64,000 bases of DNA, taken from the NCBI GenBank assembly GCA_024346625.1, contig AP024665.1:372001-436000 (forward strand), in the 5' to 3' direction. The stretch is from Williopsis jadinii. Lineage: Eukaryota. A model generated the notes under the pieces. The model was given only the letters and a program-made list of their open reading frames with translations, did not search any database and was not told the origin of the DNA. Of this stretch, positions 11,400 through 21,871 are shown piece after piece (position 1 is the first letter of the stretch; each line of letters opens with the position of its first letter). The translations under genes and the position numbers were made by a program.

Positions 11400-11575
11400 T
11401 GACACGCTTTCAAATTTCTTCGCTTTTATATAATTTCCTCGCCTCGACGGCTCAGATATACGTGGAGGTTTTTAGAATCTGTGTTGTTTTTCTGTGGTTT
11501 TCGGGCCTTTTGGCCCACAAAAAAAATTAGCGACGTGTTACATAGCGGCTTTTGCGTTGAAGATGCCAGCGTGTA
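11400..11575. promoter_or_regulatory. Candidate unfolded-protein-response elements upstream of KAR2
   Basis: CAGCGTG at 11567-11573 (UPRE-1 core), TACGTG at 11459-11464 (UPRE-2-like), GACGTG at 11532-11537, and AAGCGTGTC on the minus strand at 11401-11409. Confidence 0.6.
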
Positions 11576-11882
11576 ATTAAATTTTCGTAGCGACGCGCGA
11601 ATTTGGAACCCTGAGGAAAACCATGGAAATTTTGGTTTTGCCACCGTGTTTGGCTACCGCCTTGAAAATCGAGGTTTTGTGTTCTAAGCTTCGGCCTCCA
11701 GATTCCGGGATTTGGGAGATGGATCGGAAAACGTTTCTTCTGCTCTCCGGTTACGGCCACCATTTTAAAGGCAGAACCGTTGCAGCGCTTTCTCGGTTGT
11801 TTTTTCTGCGGTGTGTCTTGGAGAGGATGAGATGAGATGAGATGGTGTGGGATTTACTAGTTGAGATACGGTGTGAACAACA

Positions 11883-12635
11883 ATGGATGAACACAAAGAG
11901 TTAATGCGCAAGGCCTTGAGGCTTGCGAACCACGCCTTACACACAGGTGAGACTCCCGTGGCGTGTATTTTCGTATATAGGGGAAATGTCATCAGTTACG
12001 GGATGAACAATACCAACGACTCTTTGTCTGGTATAACCCATGCAGAGTTTAGAGGCATAAACGCAATCCTTGAAAAGGTTGAGGCCACTGACAACTGGAG
12101 CACGTTTTACTCTCACCCTTGGGATATCTTCAGAGAGATTGACCTCTACGTCACGGTGGAGCCGTGTGTCATGTGTGCTTCTGCTCTGAAGCATATTGGC
12201 ATCAGAACGGTATACTTTGGTTGCGGTAACGAGAGGTTCGGTGGTAACGGCTCGGTGCTGAAGATCAACACAGATGATACGTCACCGAATAGGTATGTCT
12301 CGTACCCTGGAATCTATAGAAGAGAAGCCATTTTGCTTCTGAGGGATTTCTATACCCATGAAAATATCAAGGCACCAGTCCCAAGGAATAAGAAGAACAG
12401 AGAACTCAAGCTGGATTCGTTTCCCGAATTGACCTGGTCAAATTACCTCTCCAAGAGTGAGTTCTGTGATTTCTTCGGTAAGGACAAGGAGCAGTGTTAT
12501 GACCTCAACGCCGATGTACAGCAGGATATCGATCTTTCGGTGCTGGACTCGGACAATATTGACATATCAGACATCGAACAGAGTGCCCAAGAGCCCTTAC
12601 AACTTAGGAAGAGGAAACTGTGTGATACTGCATAA
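11883..12635 (+). CDS. TAD2: tRNA-specific adenosine-34 deaminase catalytic subunit
   Basis: HAE and EPCVMC zinc motifs, FGCGNERFGGNGSVL. Divergent from KAR2 as in S. cerevisiae. Confidence 0.95.
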   Translation: MDEHKELMRKALRLANHALHTGETPVACIFVYRGNVISYGMNNTNDSLSGITHAEFRGINAILEKVEATDNWSTFYSHPWDIFREIDLYVTVEPCVMCASALKHIGIRTVYFGCGNERFGGNGSVLKINTDDTSPNRYVSYPGIYRREAILLLRDFYTHENIKAPVPRNKKNRELKLDSFPELTWSNYLSKSEFCDFFGKDKEQCYDLNADVQQDIDLSVLDSDNIDISDIEQSAQEPLQLRKRKLCDTA

Positions 12636-12694
12636 ACAAAGGACAAAACAAAACATTAATACTAAATACTAAAATCAGAAACTGAATGTGCCAA

Positions 12695-14135
12695 TCACTT
12701 CTTAAGTTCTTCTTCGATCTTGGTCCATTTGTCGATTAAATCTTGGTAAAACTTGATGTTATTGTCTGCTAGGTCTCCCAAGGTACTCTTCAATTCCACA
12801 GATTTGATACTTTCAAAGTACTGAATATCATGAAGAGTCTGTTTCTCAAACTGTTCACAAACATCCTTCGCATTAGCCACTTCTTTGGTTAGATTCTCAA
12901 TCTTGTTCTCCAGTTTGTTCAGCCTGTCGCGTCTTGCAAGGTCATGATTAACACCTCGTAACTCTTCAAACTTATTGGTGAAGAAGTTGGAGCCGCCACC
13001 CGACAAGATGAGGTTCTTTTCTGCAACGCTCTTGTCCAAATAGTCAGTCAGCGCTTCATAATCAATCTGTTTTTGATCCTTTAATCTGAGCAAATTTTTA
13101 ATTGCTGTGATGTAATGCTCCAAATCTTTTAAGGAAATGATGTACTCATTGTCCAAAAAGGTCTTCAAGTTCTGGAATCCAAGACTCAAATCGTTTAACC
13201 CATCGCTGAATTTGATGAATGGGACTTCAAGATCCGGTTCCAACTCTGCCAGTTTTCTAATCTGTATGCTGAAATCAAAGTAGTCTTGTTCCAAATCGGT
13301 GTACCTCTTCAAGATCTTATTGAAGATTCTATCAATCCTGCTAATGTTCTCGTCAAGTTTATCGGATCTCTCCTTAATCTCAACAAACTCTGGGTTTTGA
13401 ACACTTGCAGTCTTGAACGCATTGATAAGCGCATCTGCAACGCCATCGGAGCTTGACTCGGCTGTGCCTTTCAACTTCAAATGTTGTTTGTAAGAGTTCC
13501 AATCATGGGTCTCCAAAAAGATGTGATAAATCTTAGCCTTCTTTAGAACTGGATGCAATGAGAGTCTCTTCAGAAATCTTGAGAGAGAGGATGCACGCTT
13601 CATCGTGAAGTCTAACCCAAAACGATCACCTTTCAGGTATTCCAACCTTTGTTTGTCTGGGAGTGGTGGGATAGCACATGCTGGAAAATCGTTGAGTAGG
13701 ACCTGATATAGGAAGTAGAAATCGGAGAAACGACGTCTAACGACAAACTTGGTACTCTGAAACACAGGGTTATTGGACTATATATAGTTAGTAAGCGCTC
13801 TTTGCAGTTGATTCCAAAGTAATCACAAGATGGGTGCTATCGGTGATTAGCAAAATAGCAATACTAACCTCAGTCTCAACGAGATAGGATATGTATGCGT
13901 TTTGACCATCATTATCCTTCTGCGGTTGTGTCACGCTCGAGTTTATGAAGTACATATCGTTATCCTGTACTTCGCCCTGCTCTGAATGTGACTGTTGTTC
14001 TGTTATGGCCTGCTGGCCGCCAAAGGCATCCCCCTCAGTCTCAGCGTCCGGTAGAACAGCGCCATTGTTCGCTTCAATGGCTGATGGTGTGACATCATCA
14101 ATTGGCTCATCGGTCAGCCCGTCCTCGTCTAACAT
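12695..14135 (-). CDS. SNX4: PX-BAR sorting nexin Snx4/Atg24; exons 14135-13869 and 13777-12695 (449 aa)
   Basis: Intron 13778-13868 (GTTAGT, TACTAAC at 13787-13793, TAG) joins YISYLVETE|SNNPVF to VRRRFSDF...PPLPDKQ (PX domain) and a BAR region. Confidence 0.93.
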
Positions 14136-14393
14136 TGCGTTCCTGGTAGCTTGTATACTCCTACAGTTGCCTTTGCGGTTATGTGTTGGGTGTCCAAGTC
14201 AAGTTGTGATATAAAAGCGGCTTCTGTCTCTCTCTCTCTGCCTTTATAGACTGCCACCCTTCAAAAGGTATGGGGGCTACTTCAGAAATTGCGGCGCAAA
14301 CCAAATTTGCTTAGGCTAGCAATTTCGCTCTACGCTGTGCATCGATGTCTCTCATCTCAAATAGAAAACAATTGTCTTATTGCAGTATAAATT

Positions 14394-16949
14394 CTAGGCT
14401 CCATTGTTGTAGGTGAGGTGATCACAACTGTCAACGCTCATGCTGAATATACTTTGTATCACCCAGTCCCACTCTGCGATTTTACCCTTTAGTCCATTTT
14501 CCTGGCATAAATCTTTAAATCTCTTGTTCATACTTTCTTCGTTTGAGATGAACATGGTTATGCCATTGGCCGAGGTTTTTAGAACTTTAGCTGTCTTCAT
14601 CTCTTTCACCGTCTTGATTGCTTTAACCTCTTTACAGCCATGTGCCTTCAATATCTTTTGGACTGTAGAAACACCACCTGGAAGCTTTGAGGACAAGTTA
14701 AAAGAGATGTCATGGAAAAGACCGCCAGCTTTGGATATCTCTCGACAACGACTTGTTAGAGCATTTAGGGTCAGCCCTGTAAGGTCAGAAACAGACTCTT
14801 TGTTCATTAGATCAATAGAGAATTCCAATGGGTCAGGAAGCTTGGAATCTTCTACCCCGGCCTGATGTTGTTTTAACACTTCCTTTAAAAAGTCCGGTGA
14901 AATGATCATCTGCAGTGGATAACTCAGTCCGATGAGGAACTTCTCTGTTCTCATGAGCTTAGGCGCAATAACAGCATTGATGTCATTCTTGAAGTCCTTG
15001 TGGATAGAGATTCCAAGGGAGTGGAGTGCTTGCATTTCAACTCTGTTGAATGAAACCTCCCAACCAGTAGCAATTGCAACGATATCGTAATGAGGTTTCT
15101 GTTCAATAGACTCTCCTTTCCTGGACTTTTTAACAGGAGTTTCCACCTCTACGGACCTCTCTTTTTTTGCGCTCACAGCTTCATCCCTTTTTCTCTTACG
15201 TTCCTCAATTTCTTCAGGCAAGAGGATTGTTGTGTTATGCAACTGCTTTTGGAAAAGATTCATGTCCTCAATATCAGCATGCAGCTTTGCAGCAGCTTTG
15301 TCTTTTGCCTTACGTGTTGACGAACGAATCACTGGCGATAAGGCATCAACAAGTCCCCTCAATCCAATTGGGTCCTTCACTCTCCTTGGTGTTCCAGATT
15401 TTGATGTCAGGATAGCGTTTTCCACATTGGCAGATATAGGTTTCAAAGTAGAATCAGCAGAGTCTTCGCGTATTGGGGTCTGTGGTTCATGTAAATTAGA
15501 ATGGGTTTCTTTCTTATCAGGTACGCTCATAGTTTCTTGAACTTGAAGGACAGGTTTCGGTAGTTTTTTATCCATTGAAAGCAAAATTTCATCTTCTGAA
15601 TCTTCGACAATATTTGTGGTATTTGGTGTGTAACCGTCTTCGTAGAAATGTTTCAACACTTCAACATCAAGCGGTGTTTCCCCAACAAGATCCTCTAACT
15701 TAACCTTCCCTCCAATATTGACCGAATACCTTGGGTGGGTGGCAGGTTCCAATCTCCAGTTTGCATACGACTCTTCCAACCAAAGGTGGTTCACTATAGT
15801 CATGTTCCAATTATGTGCAGCTTGAAACTTTTTACCAATGCCTTTCGAAGTGATCAAGTGTGTGTTTTTCGAAGTCATATTTGACGTAAATTTTGCACCT
15901 AGAGCCTCTATTAACTTCTTGATATAGTAACGACTGTCACCTGAATAGTTTGATGCAGCGATGGTGAAGTCCTGCATGGCTGGCAGCCCACCACGAACAT
16001 ACGGATAGTGTAGAAGCTTGAGGTAGGGAGAGATCCATTTCTGATGTTCAACCATCCAATATATCCAATTAAGATTTCCAACATACAACTTCTCTCTGCT
16101 AGCAGTGAGATACTCCTCTCCTTCTCTATACTGGCCCAGATAGTATTGAGCTTCGCCCAAAGAATGTACAACAAATCCTCCCGAATTAGTGATCATGGAG
16201 GACACTAATGCACGAGATCTGTTGGTGAGCTCTAAGTCATCACCAAAGTAAAACTTCATGCCATCTAGGAATGTAGCCTTTGGTGTATCCTTCGAAAGGA
16301 TGACTTCTCTCACAGCATCCGATTCCATGATCATATCAGTCGGGTCACCAGCCTGATCGGGGTGTAACAAATAGGGCGTCTCGTCCAGTTTTTTTCTTAA
16401 TTTCAAGCAATGATCTATCCACAACGGCACTACAGCTTTGATCTTGAACTGCTTCAGAGATTCCACGGCGATTACAATATCCTCATCTGGGTTGACGGAA
16501 ATCACATGAGTGGCATACTTGTTTAATAACTCTGAAAACGTTCCACCGAGTGCTCTAACAGCGCCAAAGATTGCCTCTTTATCAGAAACTGGAAGATTGC
16601 CACAGCATATGTGAACATCTTTCAAAACATGTTTTGGATCAGGAGAATAGGGTCTAATAGGTTGTTGCTTGCCCTTCTCCAAAGTGACATGGATCAATTC
16701 AGAGGTAGCCACTGGAATCAGTTTCTCCTGTGTGAATGGGTAAAGGTCAAACTTGACACTATTAGAAATGATATGGGAATATCCAAGTTCAATGAATTCT
16801 TCCTTGTCTATCGGATCACTAATCTTCTGAACCTTGTAAGGAACTGAATATCTACCAAACACGGCTTCGAGTTTGGATACCTCCGGCGATGGCAGATCAG
16901 CAGACTCTAGCACAAGTGGATGGAAGTTCTCAAACAGAGATCTTGACAT
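14394..16949 (-). CDS. RTT107: Multi-BRCT DNA-damage scaffold (Rtt107/Esc4/Brc1 family)
   Basis: Repeated BRCT-type motifs (ALGG...THVI...WIDHC; LLHYP; SNYSGDSRYYIKKLIEALGAKF; VNHLWLEESY) plus a C-terminal BRCT pair (RTEKFL). Confidence 0.85.
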   Translation of the reverse strand: MSRSLFENFHPLVLESADLPSPEVSKLEAVFGRYSVPYKVQKISDPIDKEEFIELGYSHIISNSVKFDLYPFTQEKLIPVATSELIHVTLEKGKQQPIRPYSPDPKHVLKDVHICCGNLPVSDKEAIFGAVRALGGTFSELLNKYATHVISVNPDEDIVIAVESLKQFKIKAVVPLWIDHCLKLRKKLDETPYLLHPDQAGDPTDMIMESDAVREVILSKDTPKATFLDGMKFYFGDDLELTNRSRALVSSMITNSGGFVVHSLGEAQYYLGQYREGEEYLTASREKLYVGNLNWIYWMVEHQKWISPYLKLLHYPYVRGGLPAMQDFTIAASNYSGDSRYYIKKLIEALGAKFTSNMTSKNTHLITSKGIGKKFQAAHNWNMTIVNHLWLEESYANWRLEPATHPRYSVNIGGKVKLEDLVGETPLDVEVLKHFYEDGYTPNTTNIVEDSEDEILLSMDKKLPKPVLQVQETMSVPDKKETHSNLHEPQTPIREDSADSTLKPISANVENAILTSKSGTPRRVKDPIGLRGLVDALSPVIRSSTRKAKDKAAAKLHADIEDMNLFQKQLHNTTILLPEEIEERKRKRDEAVSAKKERSVEVETPVKKSRKGESIEQKPHYDIVAIATGWEVSFNRVEMQALHSLGISIHKDFKNDINAVIAPKLMRTEKFLIGLSYPLQMIISPDFLKEVLKQHQAGVEDSKLPDPLEFSIDLMNKESVSDLTGLTLNALTSRCREISKAGGLFHDISFNLSSKLPGGVSTVQKILKAHGCKEVKAIKTVKEMKTAKVLKTSANGITMFISNEESMNKRFKDLCQENGLKGKIAEWDWVIQSIFSMSVDSCDHLTYNNGA

Positions 16950-17029
16950 CTTCGTATACCCTGGTACTGTTATCGGTTTCCTCCCTGATCATAGGTATAT
17001 TTCGACGATATTGGTATGCCACTTTCTGC

Positions 17030-17113
17030 TTTGTTTATGTTTACATCTTCGCGTATTTGTTTTCGTGACGCGGATCGCGGTGTCCCTAACAGAAAAAAGC
17101 GCCGACGCGAAAA
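17030..17113. promoter_or_regulatory. Candidate MCB/SCB and forkhead sites upstream of RTT107
   Basis: GACGCG at about 17067, GACGCGAAAA at 17104-17113, TGTTTAC at about 17038. Confidence 0.5.
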
Positions 17114-17623
17114 TGGCTTGGTGTCCAGGTGTATATTGCACTCAGCCAATGGTGTACAGGAATTGTAGTACAAGTAAACTCCACTGTAATTGGATATTCA
17201 GTATGTCTAGGAGCGTGTATAGTTTATGATTGTAACACTGGGTAATTTTTGTATGAAACATTACTGATTACCATCCTGAATTTGGGGTTTGTATTCATTC
17301 ACAGTTTATTTTACTGGCTCGCTAAATATTTCTAAAGAGAAGTAGATACAGTTGGATTTTTTGATAATGAACACCATATGAAAGACAATTACCAGTAGAA
17401 AGCACCTTTGGCATACCGTTTTACTAAAAAAGTGTTATATCTAACATTATATATCAGTTCCCCATTTGTATCAACAGTATCCTATGTTTAATTATAACTT
17501 GCAATGTTGGCCATGAGTTCGTAATACTGCACATTTGGCTTGGTGTGTAATTTGATGTCCGGGTGTTATATAGACTTTTAGATTGCACAATTAGCCAGCA
17601 CGTAGCAGACCATCAACTACTCC

Positions 17624-18220
17624 ATGGTTCGCTGTACAGATATAACTTCAATGAACTACAGTGGACAACAAACGAAGCTCAGGTATGGCCGAGAGCACTA
17701 TGAGCTGCGTAACCAACAGCTCGATAAATCTACTAATCAGGTGGTTGTCAAAGAGAAGCCAAATTTCAAACCTACCGGTCTATTGGCAAAAGAATCAAAC
17801 AATATTGGCGGAATACAGCTGAAGTATACAGAACCTCAGGATGGATGTGGACCTCCAAAGAACCAGGAATACATACTATACATCTTCCACCCCAACACAG
17901 ACACAACCAACCGTTACAATCTTAACACAAAACATTTTCACCTTATTGGAAGAGATGAGAAGGTTGTAGACTTGAAGACTGATGATGATACCTGTTCTAA
18001 GCAACATGCTGTGATTCAATTTAGAGAGCGACCAGAGAAAGATCCGAATACTCTTAAAACAATCAAAGTTGTAAAACCTTACATTATTGATCTCGAGTCT
18101 AGCAACGGTACTTTTCTCAATGGCGAAGAGATACCAACATCACGTTTTATTGAGCTTAGACCAGAAGATGTTGTAAAATTTGGCGATTCGGAAACCGATT
18201 ACGTTCTAATGACTTTATAA
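17624..18220 (+). CDS. PML1: FHA-domain RES complex subunit Pml1 (start may be ATG 17651)
   Basis: KPNFKPTGLLAKESN, LKYTEP, IGRD...CSKQHAVIQFR...KPYIIDLESSNGT (SNIP1/Pml1 FHA). Confidence 0.92.
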   Translation: MVRCTDITSMNYSGQQTKLRYGREHYELRNQQLDKSTNQVVVKEKPNFKPTGLLAKESNNIGGIQLKYTEPQDGCGPPKNQEYILYIFHPNTDTTNRYNLNTKHFHLIGRDEKVVDLKTDDDTCSKQHAVIQFRERPEKDPNTLKTIKVVKPYIIDLESSNGTFLNGEEIPTSRFIELRPEDVVKFGDSETDYVLMTL

Positions 18221-18264
18221 TGATAGTTACATATATTAACAATGGATTCCAACCTGTAGAGTTT

Positions 18265-20574
18265 TCAATCTTGGATCAATCTGGCCGTCAAAGCCTCAAG
18301 ATCCTCAAGAGTTTCTGGTTCTTCTATCTCCAACACGCCATCGTCCTTAGAAGTCTTACCACCAACTTTATCATTCTGGAACCATTTAGGCTTCTTTGTG
18401 GGTCTTTCATCTTCACTGTTATCATCACTTTTAGCGTCAAGGTCTTCCAGAAGCTTAGCAGCAAGGTTATGGTCTACTGCATAGTCATCATCTTCACCTC
18501 TTTCAGAAGGATCGTCATTGTAACCTTCCTTGGCAAGTCTTTCAGCCTCTTTACGCTTTCTCTTCTTCTCAATCTTCTTCTCCTTCGCAAGCTTCTTATC
18601 ACTCTCATCATCTACTTGCATAACCTCACTCTCCTTTCCGATAAAGTCATCCTTCTGGAGCTTGGCATCACCGGCAGCTTTGAAGTCATCCTCATCTTGG
18701 AATTCGTAGATTTGGTGAGCATTACCTTCATCATCAAACACCAACTTCTTTGCATTTCCCTTATCGTTGAGTGAAGCCTTTTTGGAAAGAGCCCTCTTAG
18801 CTGCACGCTTGGAAGTTGGGGCAGTTAAATCTGGAAGGTCTTCATTTACGAGATCATGATCCGTACGTTTAACTGACATAAATTCACCGTCAGAATCCGA
18901 CTCATCATCATTCTCATCCTTCAATGCATCATTCTGAATCTTAAGATAGTGACTAGAAAGAACGTTTTGATTTTGACGTTCAAACATTCTATCATATTTG
19001 GTGCGGACCTTTTTATCCTCTTCCTTAAATTCACCATCATCATTTGCCTTAGACAATGCAAGTAACTGACGAGACACATTCTTCAATTCTCGAGCCTTTG
19101 ATTCACCTTTAATCTTCACTTGTGGTGCACTAGGAAGACCAAGAGCCTTGGCAAATGCTTCTTTATCAACATCTTCAATCTTGAAGACGTCCTTGTCCTT
19201 GTTGATAATTATGGATCTCAAGTACGAAATGAAAGCCTTCTGACCCAAGTATTTCAATTCTGCATCCTTGAAACAAAGTGCTTGCAGTTGCTGCTTGATT
19301 GATTTCTTCTTATTCTGCTTGATGTTTAGCTTTTTTGGTTCAATCTTCTTAGATTGCAGTCTTTTGAGAAATCCTTCTTCCTCACTAGGAGTCAACATCA
19401 ACAATGCTTTACCTGACTTACCAGCTCTTGCCGATCTCCCAACTCTGTGAACGTAAGTATCGGCATCCTCTGGTGCATCGACTTGAACAACCCAGTCAAC
19501 TGTTGGGAAATCCAAACCACGGGCAACAACGTCAGTTGCAAATAAACAAACGTGTTGTGCTTTTGTAAATTTATACACGGTTTCTGTTCTTGCAGTTTGT
19601 TTTTGACGACCATGCAATTTCATCAATGACATACCAGGTTGAAGCTTTCTAAAAGTTTCATAGACGAAGTGCACCTGTTTCGAGGTGGACAAGAAAACGA
19701 TGATCTTTGTCTTGAGATGTGTCTTGATGAATGAATAAAGTGTATCGAGCTTGTCCTCTAGCTTGACTGTAATGTATGACTGGGAAAGAGAATCAGGCGT
19801 TGCAGTTTCATCTTCGGCTTGTTTCACTCCAATGTACTGCGGATTGGTTAGCGATAATCTCGCAAGATCAGACACTGATTTGGATTGTGTTGCAGAGAAG
19901 AGTAAAGTTTGTCTCTCCGGAGGGAGGTTTGCAACTATATTGTCGAGGGTTTTCTTGAAACCAAGGTCCAGGATTCTGTCAGCCTCATCCAACACAAGCA
20001 TCTGTAGATTGGAAACATCAAATCCCAAACTTTGGTCCATATGTTGCAAGATTCTACCCGGCGTTCCAATAAGAATGTTAATCTTTTGGATTCTCTCCAT
20101 CTCGAATTTGACATCTTTACCACCGATGACAAGACCTACCGACAATTGGAAATGCTTACCAATCTTTAACAACACTTCATAGATCTGCATCGCCAATTCT
20201 CTGGTTGGGGATATGATCAATGCACCAAGACCATCAAAGTCTGTCCATTTAGCCCTGTTCAACTTCTCAATGACTGGGATCAGAAATGCCAACGTCTTAC
20301 CAGAACCTGTCTTCGCTGCACCAAGAATATCATTTCCCTTAAGAGCATAAGGTATAGCCTCTCTCTGGATGTCAGTCAGCAGTGAATAACTGGCCTCCTT
20401 AAGCCCCTGGATTAAATTCTGCGATATTGGTAGCTCTTGGAATTGAGATGGCTTTTGCGTCTTCGGATCGTACTCCTCTATAAGTTGCTCCAGCTTTTGC
20501 AACGCAGCTTCCTCCTTAGCACGGTTCTCCTTACGCTTAGCCTGCTTGTTGTTCTTCACACCTTTCTTAGCCAT
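18265..20574 (-). CDS. DBP4: DEAD-box rRNA helicase Dbp4/Hca4
   Basis: [47 protein letters not shown]-terminal motif. First ATG at 20574. Confidence 0.95.
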   Translation of the reverse strand: MAKKGVKNNKQAKRKENRAKEEAALQKLEQLIEEYDPKTQKPSQFQELPISQNLIQGLKEASYSLLTDIQREAIPYALKGNDILGAAKTGSGKTLAFLIPVIEKLNRAKWTDFDGLGALIISPTRELAMQIYEVLLKIGKHFQLSVGLVIGGKDVKFEMERIQKINILIGTPGRILQHMDQSLGFDVSNLQMLVLDEADRILDLGFKKTLDNIVANLPPERQTLLFSATQSKSVSDLARLSLTNPQYIGVKQAEDETATPDSLSQSYITVKLEDKLDTLYSFIKTHLKTKIIVFLSTSKQVHFVYETFRKLQPGMSLMKLHGRQKQTARTETVYKFTKAQHVCLFATDVVARGLDFPTVDWVVQVDAPEDADTYVHRVGRSARAGKSGKALLMLTPSEEEGFLKRLQSKKIEPKKLNIKQNKKKSIKQQLQALCFKDAELKYLGQKAFISYLRSIIINKDKDVFKIEDVDKEAFAKALGLPSAPQVKIKGESKARELKNVSRQLLALSKANDDGEFKEEDKKVRTKYDRMFERQNQNVLSSHYLKIQNDALKDENDDESDSDGEFMSVKRTDHDLVNEDLPDLTAPTSKRAAKRALSKKASLNDKGNAKKLVFDDEGNAHQIYEFQDEDDFKAAGDAKLQKDDFIGKESEVMQVDDESDKKLAKEKKIEKKRKRKEAERLAKEGYNDDPSERGEDDDYAVDHNLAAKLLEDLDAKSDDNSEDERPTKKPKWFQNDKVGGKTSKDDGVLEIEEPETLEDLEALTARLIQD

Positions 20575-20608
20575 CTTGCAAAACACTTAGACAGAGAGAG
20601 ATACTCAA

Positions 20609-20720
20609 CTCATCTCTCGAAGCAGAGCAGTTCACTGGTGTGCCATAAATTTTTTTCGAGGCCTCTTCGCATGTGCTGGCCATAACCAATATCTGTCCGA
20701 AAAGGGAAACATGCGATGAG
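20609..20720. promoter_or_regulatory. PAC and RRPE ribosome-biogenesis elements (DBP4)
   Basis: CTCATCTC at 20609-20616, AAATTTTTTTC at about 20647-20657, GCGATGAG at 20713-20720. Confidence 0.7.
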
Positions 20721-20897
20721 CACTCGTAACCTTACCGGAATAGGAAATGATCGCGAGAATAGAATTGTATTTGTGTGGGTGTTTGGATGTTTGTCTGTGT
20801 GTGCTTTTTTCTTGTTTGGACTCTCGGGAACACTTCTCTCAGTCCATTGTGGAAGTTATACAAAGCAGAAGAGGAGACTTCTTTGGAGAGCTATATC

Positions 20898-21860
20898 ATG
20901 TCCAGATCACAAGACACTGCATCACCAATCACACCTTGTTCTCCGAAGAAGGGTGAAATGATATCATCGATACAGCTCTCGAGGCCCTTCCTGACGAGGC
21001 TACAGATTGAGTATGCACAAAGCAAAACCATCGACAACATTGTTGTTTACAAGCAGAGACGAAACCAAGTCTTTTCCTTTCTCATGAAGGTGTGTAATAC
21101 GTTGAAGTTTCCCATGCGCACTCTTGAAACCGCGATGATCTACTACCAACGGTTTTATCTTCATAACAGCTTCAACACGTCGACGTACCACGATGTTGCA
21201 ACTGTATGTCTGTTTGTAGCAACGAAGAACGAGGAAACGATCAAGAAACTAAGGGACATCATAGCGGTTGTGTCACAAGTAAGGAACATGCAGCTGAACT
21301 CGGAGCAGGCTGAGAACTACAGGAGAAGAATCATAGGATTGGAAATCAAACTCATGGAGACCATTGCATTTGACTTTAGAATTGGACATGTTGAGGAATA
21401 CCTGGTGAAGTTCTCAAAGACTTTAAGCATTCCAAAGGAAATCACGTACACAGCATGGCTCTTTAGCTACGATACGTATCAACTGGATATCGCATTAAAG
21501 GCACCAGCATCAAGTATCGCTGTTGCTCTGTTGGAGCTTGCATGCAAATTGGAAAAATTCCATGTGAACATCAACTACAGAGAGCTGTTTGTCAACATGG
21601 AGGCCGTGAATGAGACAAAAGTGGACCTTTTGGACTTTTACATTAGCAATTATAACTACAGCTTTTTTGCTAGCATTAGGCCAGAACTTCATGATACTTT
21701 CATGGATTTGAAGATAGCACTTGGGAACGTTAAACAACTTGTGGAACGTGAAAAGAGATACATTGAAGAAGATGCATACTTTGATGAAAGGTCGTACACT
21801 ACTGGGGAACGGAGATTTATGCTTGGTAACCAAAGGAAAAGACTCTATAATGAGATGTAA
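20898..21860 (+). CDS. CTK2: CTDK-I cyclin subunit Ctk2
   Basis: SRPFLT..QI..AQ..TI, LKFPMRTLETAMIYYQRF and K.EETIKK cyclin box resemble Ctk2. First ATG at 20898. Confidence 0.88.
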   Translation: MSRSQDTASPITPCSPKKGEMISSIQLSRPFLTRLQIEYAQSKTIDNIVVYKQRRNQVFSFLMKVCNTLKFPMRTLETAMIYYQRFYLHNSFNTSTYHDVATVCLFVATKNEETIKKLRDIIAVVSQVRNMQLNSEQAENYRRRIIGLEIKLMETIAFDFRIGHVEEYLVKFSKTLSIPKEITYTAWLFSYDTYQLDIALKAPASSIAVALLELACKLEKFHVNINYRELFVNMEAVNETKVDLLDFYISNYNYSFFASIRPELHDTFMDLKIALGNVKQLVEREKRYIEEDAYFDERSYTTGERRFMLGNQRKRLYNEM

Positions 21861-21871
21861 TAATAAACTAA

